From Candidatus Cloacimonadota bacterium (GTDB taxonomy: Bacteria > Cloacimonadota > Cloacimonadia > JGIOTU-2), in the NCBI GenBank assembly GCA_049903315.1, contig JBNGBT010000006.1:1-64000 (forward strand): a stretch of DNA of 64,000 bases. Reading direction: 5' to 3'. The notes under the pieces were generated by a model. That model searched no databases. It was given only the letters and a program-made list of their open reading frames with translations, and was not told the DNA's origin. Numbering within the stretch: position 1 is the first letter of the stretch; the number at the start of each line of letters is the position of its first letter. The translations under genes were made by a program, and so were the position numbers. Of this stretch, positions 9,559 through 17,942 are shown piece by piece.

Positions 9559-10386
9559 ATGAAAAACTGCAAGATCATCTTTACAGACCTCGACGGAACA
9601 CTGCTCCGGCACGATAGGACCATAAGCCGAGAAGACCTTGCAGTTCTCGAAGAACTGGGGAAAAGAAATATTGTACGTGTACTCGCAACCGGCAGGTCGC
9701 TGTATTCTTTAAGCAAAATATTCGAGGATGATTTTCCGCATTTTGACTACATTATTTTTTCATGCGGAGTAGGTATTGTAAACTGGAACACAAAAGAAAT
9801 ACTCTGCTCACATTTTCTTTCAAAGGATGAGATCGCACACGTCAGGCACACACTCGAGCTTCATAATATCGACCATATGATACACAATCCAGTCCCGGAA
9901 AATCACAGGTTCCATTATCAGAAATTTGGCACAGAGAACAATGATTTTGACCGCAGATTTTCTTATTATAAGGATTATGGTTCACCCCTTACTTCGGAAG
10001 AGGGGCATATCGAAAAAGCTTCACAAGTGCTTGCAGTGATACCGGAAGACATCGAAAAATTCGAAATGTTAAAGAGACTGCTGCCCGGCCTCAGGGTTAT
10101 AAGAACGACATCTCCTATCGATCATACATCTCTCTGGATAGAGATATTTCCGAAGAATGTCTCAAAAGGACATGCAGCAGCATGGCTCTGTGCGCATCTT
10201 GACATTTCACAACAGGACACTTTCAGCATCGGGAATGATTATAATGACATAGAGCTCCTGGAGTGGACTGCGTACAGCTATGTTGTGGAGAATGCGCCGA
10301 TCGAGCTGAGAAATAAATATAAAAACACCGCTTCAAATCAATTGAGTGGTTTTTCAAAAGTGATACGAGAAAATCTATTGCTATGA
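9559..10386 (+). CDS. Cof-type HAD-IIB hydrolase
   Basis: DLDGTLL motif I, ATGR motif II, KNVSKG motif III and GNDYNDIELL motif IV. Confidence 0.9.
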   Translation: MKNCKIIFTDLDGTLLRHDRTISREDLAVLEELGKRNIVRVLATGRSLYSLSKIFEDDFPHFDYIIFSCGVGIVNWNTKEILCSHFLSKDEIAHVRHTLELHNIDHMIHNPVPENHRFHYQKFGTENNDFDRRFSYYKDYGSPLTSEEGHIEKASQVLAVIPEDIEKFEMLKRLLPGLRVIRTTSPIDHTSLWIEIFPKNVSKGHAAAWLCAHLDISQQDTFSIGNDYNDIELLEWTAYSYVVENAPIELRNKYKNTASNQLSGFSKVIRENLLL

Positions 10387-10466
10387 AGAAAAGTAATAAT
10401 ATCATCTTACACAAGTTCAAACTTGATCACCAATTTAGTACAAGAAGCAATTTATAAAGGATACTA

Positions 10467-12932
10467 ATGAAAAATATAACCATCTTTTTAATTTTACTAT
10501 GTATTACATTCTCTCTAAATGCAGAAGTGCTGAATGAAGCAGAAATCTGGCTCATGAAAACACTTCTCGAGCAAAATGATATGTCACTTCAATCCCTCAA
10601 TTTTTTGAAGGACTGGGCACGGGATACAAAATTCAAACTTCCGATCGTGGTAGAAATTCTCAATAACCCGCTCCAATTCCCAAAATTTGTAGATGAAACG
10701 GAAATTCTGTGCGAAAATCACAATCCAAATGAAATGATCTGCACATATGCCGATTTATTATTTCAAGCCGGCTGGGTAGATTCATTTGATGATACTTTGC
10801 TGGAGAATTATTATAATGAAAATGTGCACGACGCGAAAGACATCTTTGGTTATGTTGAATATGTGTGGGAAGTTACAGATCATTTTTATCAAAAAGCATG
10901 GGAAAAAATATCTATGGAAGAAAAGGATATTCTCACCTACCTTTCCTATTCTATGTGGCAGGAAGAGGAAGATTCGCTTCGTTACGATGAGTTCTATCGA
11001 AGCAATCAGATAACCGAGTATGACAGTTTGAGCATCGAAGAAGACGTGATTCCAATACTCAAAAAAATTGAATTTCCTTCCCTTATGTATGCGGCGAACA
11101 TTTCACAAAAAGGTTTTGATATTCTCAAAGAAAATGTACCGAATATGACATTTCAAAACAAAAATAAACTGATATATGATTCTCCATATGGTTTGATGTG
11201 CATTGGTACTCCTCATAAAGATAGATATGATGAACAATTTGTATTTATTCTCGATCCCGCAGGCAACGATATGTATACATCCCCCATAAAAACTGATTGG
11301 GCGAATCCATATTATTGGATAATCGATATGCAGGGCAACGATACATATCGGAATGATACCATTGGAAATCTATTCCATGTGTTCGCAGGCATAGGTATTT
11401 CGTGTGATATGATGGGGGATGATGTGTCTTATGGAGACGATTACACACTCAGTTCATTCATGGGTTATCAATTGGCACATGATATGGAAGGCAACGATAT
11501 CTATACTGGTGGATTGAACAGCATTGCTGCTGCAACATTTGGATTAAATATATTAATTGATGAAAATGGCTGTGATCATTATTCCACAACTGAACTGGGC
11601 GAGGGTTTTGCAGGTCCCCTTGCAGCAGGGTTTCTTATTGATATAGACGGAAGCGACATGTATTATGCTGGCGGGAAGTATCTGCATGTTCCCCTTGCAC
11701 CGTTCGATCATCGTGCTCTATCCCAGGGATTTGGCTTTGGTGTGCGACCTTACCTTGGCGGAGGGATTGGTGTGTTGTACGATCAAACCGGTAATGATGT
11801 CTATCAGGGGGCGGTGTACAGCCAGGCAGTTGCCTATTGGTATGCACTCGGCATCATCATAGATAAGACAGGAAATGATTTTTATACTGCAGTGTACTAT
11901 CCTCAGGGAAGCGGCATTCATCTTGCAGGAGGATTCCTGTATGATGAAGAAGGGGAGGATCACTATTATTCCAAGCACGGACCCGGGCAGGGGGCAGCGC
12001 ATGATTATGCCGTTGGGTATCTCATTGACAGGAAAGGGAATGACATCTACTCGGTGGAAGGCGGCAATGGCTTAGGTTTGACCAATTCTGTTGCACTTTT
12101 TCTTGATGTGTCTGGAAATGACAGGTACGAGAGAAATGTTTCCAGCAATTTCGGTTTTGCGAATACAGCAAGAAATACTGGAAGCATAGGCATTTTTCTC
12201 GATACAGGAGGAAATGATATTTATCCTATTTCATCGGACACAAGCGGATATCACGAGAACCATAAGAATGATGCAACATGGTCGTATGGCACCTATGGCG
12301 TGGGGTGGGATACACTCATGGTTGCCGAGGAGAAACCTGCAATGGAAGCGAAGGCAGAAGAGGATGCAGCAACGGTTGATTCGCTTGCTTCAATAAAGGT
12401 AATATTCTCTATTGCCTCCGAATGGGGAGTGGGAAGTAGTGCAAAAAGAGTTGCTTTCGCTACTGAAATATTGCTGAAACGAGACGAAGAAGCTGCCGAA
12501 TATATCTTTGAAAACAGACTGGATACAAAGGGTTCACTTGAATATCGGGCAATTTTAGAATTTGCTAAAAAATCTAATAAGTTTGGTTTATACCTCCCAC
12601 AAGCACTTGTTGACGAAGATAGCGTAACAGTTCGCAATGCGATTGCCCTTATCGGCGAACTGAAGGATTCGACCATGATCGATACTCTTCTCAAGGTTAT
12701 ACCAGACAAAAGATATACGGGAAGTGTGCTGGCTGCTCTTGGTACTATTGGAACAAGCAGAAGCACGAATATTCTTAAAGAGTATATAGATTCTCCATCT
12801 GAAAAAGTCAGAGTGATCGTTGCACGTGGATTTCTTAAAATAGATTCACCCGAAAGTATAGAATTACTCGGCACGATGAAAGATGATCCTTCCTTTTTGA
12901 TCAGGACGATGTATAAGCTGAAGAAAGAGTAG
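10467..12932 (+). CDS. Secreted protein with 12 DxxGxDx(Y) repeats and C-terminal HEAT-like repeats
   Basis: Signal peptide (SLNA|EV); repeats such as LDPAGNDMY, IDMQGNDTY, IDKTGNDFY and LDTGGNDIY; C-terminal DEDSVTVRNAIALIGEL and SPSEKVRVIVARG HEAT-like units. Confidence 0.75.
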   Translation: MKNITIFLILLCITFSLNAEVLNEAEIWLMKTLLEQNDMSLQSLNFLKDWARDTKFKLPIVVEILNNPLQFPKFVDETEILCENHNPNEMICTYADLLFQAGWVDSFDDTLLENYYNENVHDAKDIFGYVEYVWEVTDHFYQKAWEKISMEEKDILTYLSYSMWQEEEDSLRYDEFYRSNQITEYDSLSIEEDVIPILKKIEFPSLMYAANISQKGFDILKENVPNMTFQNKNKLIYDSPYGLMCIGTPHKDRYDEQFVFILDPAGNDMYTSPIKTDWANPYYWIIDMQGNDTYRNDTIGNLFHVFAGIGISCDMMGDDVSYGDDYTLSSFMGYQLAHDMEGNDIYTGGLNSIAAATFGLNILIDENGCDHYSTTELGEGFAGPLAAGFLIDIDGSDMYYAGGKYLHVPLAPFDHRALSQGFGFGVRPYLGGGIGVLYDQTGNDVYQGAVYSQAVAYWYALGIIIDKTGNDFYTAVYYPQGSGIHLAGGFLYDEEGEDHYYSKHGPGQGAAHDYAVGYLIDRKGNDIYSVEGGNGLGLTNSVALFLDVSGNDRYERNVSSNFGFANTARNTGSIGIFLDTGGNDIYPISSDTSGYHENHKNDATWSYGTYGVGWDTLMVAEEKPAMEAKAEEDAATVDSLASIKVIFSIASEWGVGSSAKRVAFATEILLKRDEEAAEYIFENRLDTKGSLEYRAILEFAKKSNKFGLYLPQALVDEDSVTVRNAIALIGELKDSTMIDTLLKVIPDKRYTGSVLAALGTIGTSRSTNILKEYIDSPSEKVRVIVARGFLKIDSPESIELLGTMKDDPSFLIRTMYKLKKE

Positions 12933-13194
12933 AAAACGCACAACCAGTCTGCAGTGCATTACGCTATTGCGGTAAAAGACATCATGATAAAATATCATAT
13001 ATGATAGAATCGAAATACTTGTAGCTTAAACTCAGAATAGTGAAAATCTGAGTTTGAAGAAATGATCGATATTGAAAATTCGCAGACTACCCGAGTGATA
13101 ATTAGATATAGAAAACGAAAATGAAAAATTTGACACTTTATTTTATTAATTGATTCTAAAGATGAATTTATCACAAAAAGATGCGGCAGGTAGC

Positions 13195-13833
13195 ATGAAA
13201 TTAAAAAACGGAGTTCGGAATATAATAATTACTGGTGATTGGAATTTACCATTGCTGTCCCCCAAATGGTTAAATGATAATATTTTTGATGGAACATTAC
13301 CAGAGAAAGTTAAAATGTCGTTCAATGTTGAAAACATTTTAATATCAGTTAAAAGAATTGAAACACCCAAAATTGATATTGAGATATCTCCTCAGAGAAT
13401 TTGTTTTATCCCCAAAAAACAAGATACGGAGCATTTTGATTTTCTTATTGATAAAATCATCGCTTTATTATCAAAATTACCTCATACGCCAGTTCATGTT
13501 TTAGGGATAAATTTTATCTTTACAAGTAAAGACTATATATGGTTTGAAAACCTTATTAATGTCAAAGCCACAGAAGTTTTAGATAACTATGAAAATACAT
13601 ATACACAGATAGTATACCAGCTATCTTTGGAAAAACCAAAGGAGGGCATTCTAAATCTTAAAATTGATTATAATAAAAAAACTGAACTACTAACTGCAAA
13701 TTTTAACTATTCTTTCAATACAAAAGAAATTAGTGACATTAAAGAAATACTACAGACAGGAATTCTTGATGAGATGAAAGATAGAAGTAATAAAGTTATT
13801 GAACTTTTACAAGGTAAAGATAAAGATGAATGA
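13195..13833 (+). CDS. Uncharacterised protein (TIGR04255-like), first gene of the low-GC islet
   Basis: ORF track gives 13150..13833; ATG at 13195 is the more likely start. Contains NIIITGDWNLPLLSPKWL, LPHTPVHVLGINF and NFNY, motifs typical of this sporadic family. The stop overlaps the next ATG (ATGAATGA). Confidence 0.6.
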   Translation: MKLKNGVRNIIITGDWNLPLLSPKWLNDNIFDGTLPEKVKMSFNVENILISVKRIETPKIDIEISPQRICFIPKKQDTEHFDFLIDKIIALLSKLPHTPVHVLGINFIFTSKDYIWFENLINVKATEVLDNYENTYTQIVYQLSLEKPKEGILNLKIDYNKKTELLTANFNYSFNTKEISDIKEILQTGILDEMKDRSNKVIELLQGKDKDE

Positions 13834-14425
13834 TCTAAGACCTAATCAAATTTTTCCATTAGCACCATCCTCTAGCTCTGATAGTAAATCAAATGAACCT
13901 AGTAAAAACTATAAAGCAACATTCAGTTTAGATTCCAAGAATGAAGATAACGATATTTTTAAAAGGGAAACAGTTAGTATGTCGGTTAATGTATATGATG
14001 TTGCGGCATATATACTATCAAAACTTGGTTCTATTTCAACGATGAAACTTCAGAAATTAGTATACTATTCTCAGGCATGGTCTTTAGTTTGGGATGAAGA
14101 ACCTTTGTTCCCGGAAAGAATCGAAGCTTGGGCAAATGGGCCAGTAATTCCTCGTCTATTTTTCCAACATAAAGGTTTCTTCAAGATTTCTATGTCTGAA
14201 CTAGGTCTTGGAAATCAAAACAAATTAAACAAAAAACAAAAAGAAACCGTAGATGTTGTGCTAGATTACTACGGTAATAAATCTGCACAGTGGTTGATAG
14301 AACTATCACATATGGAGAAACCTTGGATTGAAACTCGCAGGGGTTTGAGGGAGGGAGAAGAATCCAATAGAGAAATCCCTTTAGATTTAATTAGTCAATA
14401 CTATAGTAGTCTTGTAAATGAGTGA
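13826..14425 (+). CDS. Panacea-domain (DUF4065/SocA-like) antitoxin with N-terminal extension
   Basis: VYDVAAYIL, STMKLQKLVYYSQAW, LFPERIEAWANGPV, YGNKSAQWLIELSHMEKPW and NREIP are the hallmark DUF4065 motifs. ATG 13826 overlaps the upstream stop; a second in-frame ATG lies at 13979. Confidence 0.88.
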   Translation: MNDLRPNQIFPLAPSSSSDSKSNEPSKNYKATFSLDSKNEDNDIFKRETVSMSVNVYDVAAYILSKLGSISTMKLQKLVYYSQAWSLVWDEEPLFPERIEAWANGPVIPRLFFQHKGFFKISMSELGLGNQNKLNKKQKETVDVVLDYYGNKSAQWLIELSHMEKPWIETRRGLREGEESNREIPLDLISQYYSSLVNE

Positions 14426-14861
14426 AAAGAAAGTACCAAAATATCTTCAACCCAAAGAAAAGAAAAGACCATCTCAAATTGAAAATCCTGAAGATAAAAT
14501 TAAACTTCCTATATCCTGGAAATTCAACAGGATGGTTTTTGATCAAAACAGAAAATGGAACTGGTGCATACCCTCAAAAGACAATATTATATTTGCTTTA
14601 AAAAAACTATCTGATATTGAAAGCAATACATTCTTCGAGTTGATTCAATCACCAAAACACCATTCTTATCAAATATCTGATTTGCCTGAAAAATCAAGAA
14701 ATGAATTTGATAAGTTAAGAATTTATGGGCATGAAAATATATTTTCTTTAAGGATAAATGGGGAACCTAGAGTATATTGTTTATACAATAAAAATGAATT
14801 TAGTTTGTTATGGTTAGACCTTAAGCATGAAGTATATCCAAGCCATAAAAAGCATACTTGA
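14418..14861 (+). CDS. Putative RelE-like (MAG6450-like) toxin
   Basis: Basic 147-aa protein with IFSLRINGEPRVYC and FSLLWLDLKHEVYPSHKKHT, the pattern of RelE-fold proteins often found next to DUF4065 genes. ATGAGTGA overlap with the antitoxin stop. Confidence 0.7.
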   Translation: MSEKKVPKYLQPKEKKRPSQIENPEDKIKLPISWKFNRMVFDQNRKWNWCIPSKDNIIFALKKLSDIESNTFFELIQSPKHHSYQISDLPEKSRNEFDKLRIYGHENIFSLRINGEPRVYCLYNKNEFSLLWLDLKHEVYPSHKKHT

Positions 14862-14871
14862 TTTAAGTGTC

Positions 14872-14905
14872 AACTTAAGACATGCTCTTTGACATGTCTC
14901 AAGTT
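14872..14905. terminator. Hairpin between the convergent islet operon and tRNA-Arg
   Basis: AACTTAAGACATG (14872-84), 8-nt loop, CATGTCTCAAGTT (14893-905); one mismatch, which is G:U on the minus strand. Confidence 0.5.
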
Positions 14906-15164
14906 TTAACAGAGTACTCAGAGAAATACAGAGGAATTTTTAAGAAAAGTATTTACCCCGACTCATCTTTTCAAGCTGAGTCGTGTTTCAAAAAGGGTGG
15001 GTCGTGAAAAGAACGACTCGGGATGAAAAGGATGGTATATTATACTTGATAAATGAAATAAGGGGGATTCATCATTTTCAATTTTCTATTTTTAATTTTC
15101 TAATTTTAATTTTTTTAGTTTTATGTTGCCAGCGAAAATCCGTGCTCATTCGTGAGCTAAGAAA

Positions 15165-15241
15165 TGGTACCCCGGAGAGGATTCGAACCTCCGACCTACG
15201 GTTTAGGAAACCGGTGCTCTATCCTACTGAGCTACCGGGGC
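15165..15241 (-). tRNA. tRNA-Arg (anticodon CCT)
   Basis: Reverse complement GCCCCGGTAGCTCAGTAGGATAGAGCACCGGTTTCCTAAACCGTAGGTCGGAGGTTCGAATCCTCTCCGGGGTACCA: 77-nt cloverleaf, TTCGAAT T-loop, encoded CCA. Confidence 0.97.
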
Positions 15242-15262
15242 ATGAGTGTACAAACGCAAAAC

Positions 15263-15988
15263 TCAGTTCAGTATGTCAATCTTATCAGCAGAGAGTATTG
15301 TCTCTAATCCGTTCTCTGTTTCCAGCTGCAGCGCCCCCTCGTCAGTAATCCCACGCACACTTCCGGCTAATTTCTTTGTGCCAGAATATAATGCAATTTT
15401 CTTATTTGCAAGCAGGTGAAATTCCTCAAAATAATCTACAAAGTATGTGAAGCTCTTTTCTTCAAATATATAAAAATTATTTTCAAAGGTGTTTAGGATG
15501 TTCTTGAGAAGTTTTTTTAGGGATGTATTTTTACCCGATTCGATCAAGAGTGATGTTGCAACCTGTTGAAGATTTTCTGGTATTCTTTGTATATTACAAT
15601 CTATTCCAATGCCGATCACAGTGCCAGAATTATGAGCGGAAGTGAGGATGCCTCCCACTTTTTTCTGATTCACAAGAATGTCATTAGCCCATTTAATTGA
15701 AAAAGTGAGTTCTGGGAAAGTAGAACTCAGAACTTTGTGAATGACCACTCCAGTAAAAAGTGTTAGAGATGCAGGAAATTTTTGGTCGGGAAATCCAAGT
15801 GTGAAATACAATCCCCCGACCGGTGAGTACCAGCTTCTATCCAGCCTGCCCTTACCTCCGGTTTGTTCATAGGCGCACAAAACGAAATTTTCTTTTAAAG
15901 TCGAGTCTGCCAGAAATTTGATGACGAGTGCATTTGTTGACTCTACTTTTTTAAAAAATTTTATAACCGGAAAGAGTCCTGTTTTCAT
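15263..15988 (-). CDS. birA: Biotin--[acetyl-CoA-carboxylase] ligase (no HTH domain)
   Basis: STN, QTGGKGRLDRSWYSP, IKWANDI, KKVGGIL and GIGIDCN motifs. Confidence 0.92.
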   Translation of the reverse strand: MKTGLFPVIKFFKKVESTNALVIKFLADSTLKENFVLCAYEQTGGKGRLDRSWYSPVGGLYFTLGFPDQKFPASLTLFTGVVIHKVLSSTFPELTFSIKWANDILVNQKKVGGILTSAHNSGTVIGIGIDCNIQRIPENLQQVATSLLIESGKNTSLKKLLKNILNTFENNFYIFEEKSFTYFVDYFEEFHLLANKKIALYSGTKKLAGSVRGITDEGALQLETENGLETILSADKIDILN

Positions 15989-16057
15989 GGTTCATTTATT
16001 GTAGGATATTCTTTTCTGGACAAGAAAATTCTGCATCAACTTTAAGAAACCAGAACT

Positions 16058-16495
16058 ATGGCAAATTCATTTTTTCAGAGATTACGCAAAAATCATTTAA
16101 TGCGTTTCATCAAATTCGGCATTGTGGGCGGAAGCGGCACAGTGGTGAACCTCGGTGTGCAATACCTGCTCACGCTTGAAGGAATGCACTATATTTTTGC
16201 AGGAGTGATCGCTACAGAAATCTCGATCATTAATAATTTCCTGCTCAATAATTTCTGGACGTGGAAGGATAATCCTGCAAAGACAAAACGAAGCTTCGCA
16301 GCACGTCTTCTCAAATACAATTCTTCCATGATCATTACAGGCATTATTCAGAATCTTCTTATGATATTTTTCACTGAATTATTTAAGATCAATGACCTGA
16401 TCTCCAAATTTATTGCGATCGTAATCATTACATTTGTGAATTACGTCATTCATTATTTCTGGACGTTTAAGGGTGAGACCGATGAGACAAAATAA
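16058..16495 (+). CDS. GtrA family protein (lipid-linked sugar flippase-like)
   Basis: RFIKFGIVGGSGTVVNL, NNFLLNNFWTW and NYVIHYFWTF; 4 TM helices. Confidence 0.88.
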   Translation: MANSFFQRLRKNHLMRFIKFGIVGGSGTVVNLGVQYLLTLEGMHYIFAGVIATEISIINNFLLNNFWTWKDNPAKTKRSFAARLLKYNSSMIITGIIQNLLMIFFTELFKINDLISKFIAIVIITFVNYVIHYFWTFKGETDETK

Positions 16496-17942
16496 GCTAA
16501 GTTACGACGAAAAAGCTATCATCTTTATCGGTGCGCTGACTATTTTCAAGCTCATTTATACGATAGGACTCAACATTATTCCTGACGAAGCATATTACTT
16601 TCTCTGGGGCAAAAATCTCCAGCTTTCCTATTTCGATCATCCACCGATGATCGGATGGTTGTTTGGATTCCTCTCAGTATTTTTTAAGAATGCTGAATTT
16701 GTGGTGCATCTTCAGCCGATCTTGCTGGGAGCCGGCACCTCTTTGTATGCATACTTCCTTGCCAAAGAAATGTTCAGTGACAAGATTGGATTTACATTTT
16801 TAGTGATGAGTAATTTTACGTTGCTGCTTTTTGCAGGTACGATCATTGCCACACCGGATACGCCTATGATATTCTTCCTGACCGCAGGCATATTTCACTT
16901 TTACAGAGCATGCCGAGGTGGGAAATGGATTCAGTGGATACTTACAGGAATATTATTCGGATGCGCACTCCTATCAAAATATGTGGCAGTTCTGATCTTC
17001 CCTGCAATTCTGTTATTTTTAATATTTACTCCTGACCGCACATGGTTGAAGAGCATCAAGCCGTATATTGCACTCGTAATTTCATTTATTGTATTTCTTC
17101 CTGTTATAATCTGGAATGCCCAGAACAACTGGATCTCATTCTCATTCCAGTTTCAGCACGGGATTGGCGGCAGCTTTCCGAACTGGCAAACATTTGGTGA
17201 TTTTCTTGGCGGGCAAGCAGGAATAGTAGGTCCCATTCTGTTTGTAATTTTTATCATAGCACTTATTAAAGTAATTGCAGACTGGAAGTATCATTCAAAG
17301 GAAACCAAATTTCTGTTCTTTATTGCACTGGTGTTTTTTGGATTCTTCCTCTTTACCTCAATGCAGAAGAAAGTAGAAGCGAACTGGGCTGCGTTTGCCT
17401 ACATTCCGGGTATGCTGCTCATCACTTATCTATACTTACAGGATTGGCAGATGCGAACGGGCTGGAGGATTACGTGGGTCATAAACTGGTTCTTACTTGT
17501 TATTGTTCTTCTTGTTGTTCTCGTTCAAGTCTATTTTCCGATTATTCCTGTTAAGTATGACCCGACAGACCAGTTCTATGGCTGGAAGAGGCTTGGGCTG
17601 GATGCAGAACTTATTATCGATGATTTTCCCGACCTCATACCTGCCGCGAATAGGCACCAGATGGCAAGTGAACTTATCGTTTATTCTGATCACGATTTTG
17701 TCTGCTTTGATCTTGGAAATCGAATTCATCAGTTTACATTGTGGAGAAACGATGATGATTTGATTGGGAAGGATTTTCTCCTTTTTGATCAGTCAAAGAA
17801 GCTCAGCAATTCAGTAGTAAGCAGTTTTGAAAATGTCGAATTTATCACCTCGATACCGCGCTTTCGGGATTTGAAATTATTGCAAGTAGTAATGGTGTAT
17901 CGGGCGGAGAATTATCTGGGAGAAACCAAAGGAGAAAAATGA
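16482..17942 (+). CDS. GT-C membrane glycosyltransferase (GT39/ArnT/PMT-like)
   Basis: PDEAYYFLWG...SYFDHPPMIGW, TPDTP, ALLSKY and IIWNAQNNWISFSFQ motifs; multi-TM; follows the gtrA-like gene. Confidence 0.85.
   Translation: MRQNKLSYDEKAIIFIGALTIFKLIYTIGLNIIPDEAYYFLWGKNLQLSYFDHPPMIGWLFGFLSVFFKNAEFVVHLQPILLGAGTSLYAYFLAKEMFSDKIGFTFLVMSNFTLLLFAGTIIATPDTPMIFFLTAGIFHFYRACRGGKWIQWILTGILFGCALLSKYVAVLIFPAILLFLIFTPDRTWLKSIKPYIALVISFIVFLPVIIWNAQNNWISFSFQFQHGIGGSFPNWQTFGDFLGGQAGIVGPILFVIFIIALIKVIADWKYHSKETKFLFFIALVFFGFFLFTSMQKKVEANWAAFAYIPGMLLITYLYLQDWQMRTGWRITWVINWFLLVIVLLVVLVQVYFPIIPVKYDPTDQFYGWKRLGLDAELIIDDFPDLIPAANRHQMASELIVYSDHDFVCFDLGNRIHQFTLWRNDDDLIGKDFLLFDQSKKLSNSVVSSFENVEFITSIPRFRDLKLLQVVMVYRAENYLGETKGEK

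Noticed and set aside
12293..12943. 216-aa minus-strand ORF
   Set aside because: Shadow ORF opposite the HEAT region of the 821-aa gene; no SD or recognisable motif.
14865..14910. Possible integron attC site after the toxin gene
   Set aside because: The ends (TGTCAAC / GTTTTAA) do not fit RYYYAAC / GTTRRRY, and there is no integrase or other cassette.
14983..15348. 121-aa ORF on the plus strand
   Set aside because: It is antisense to tRNA-Arg and the birA 3' end and runs through low-complexity repeats; no protein-like signature.
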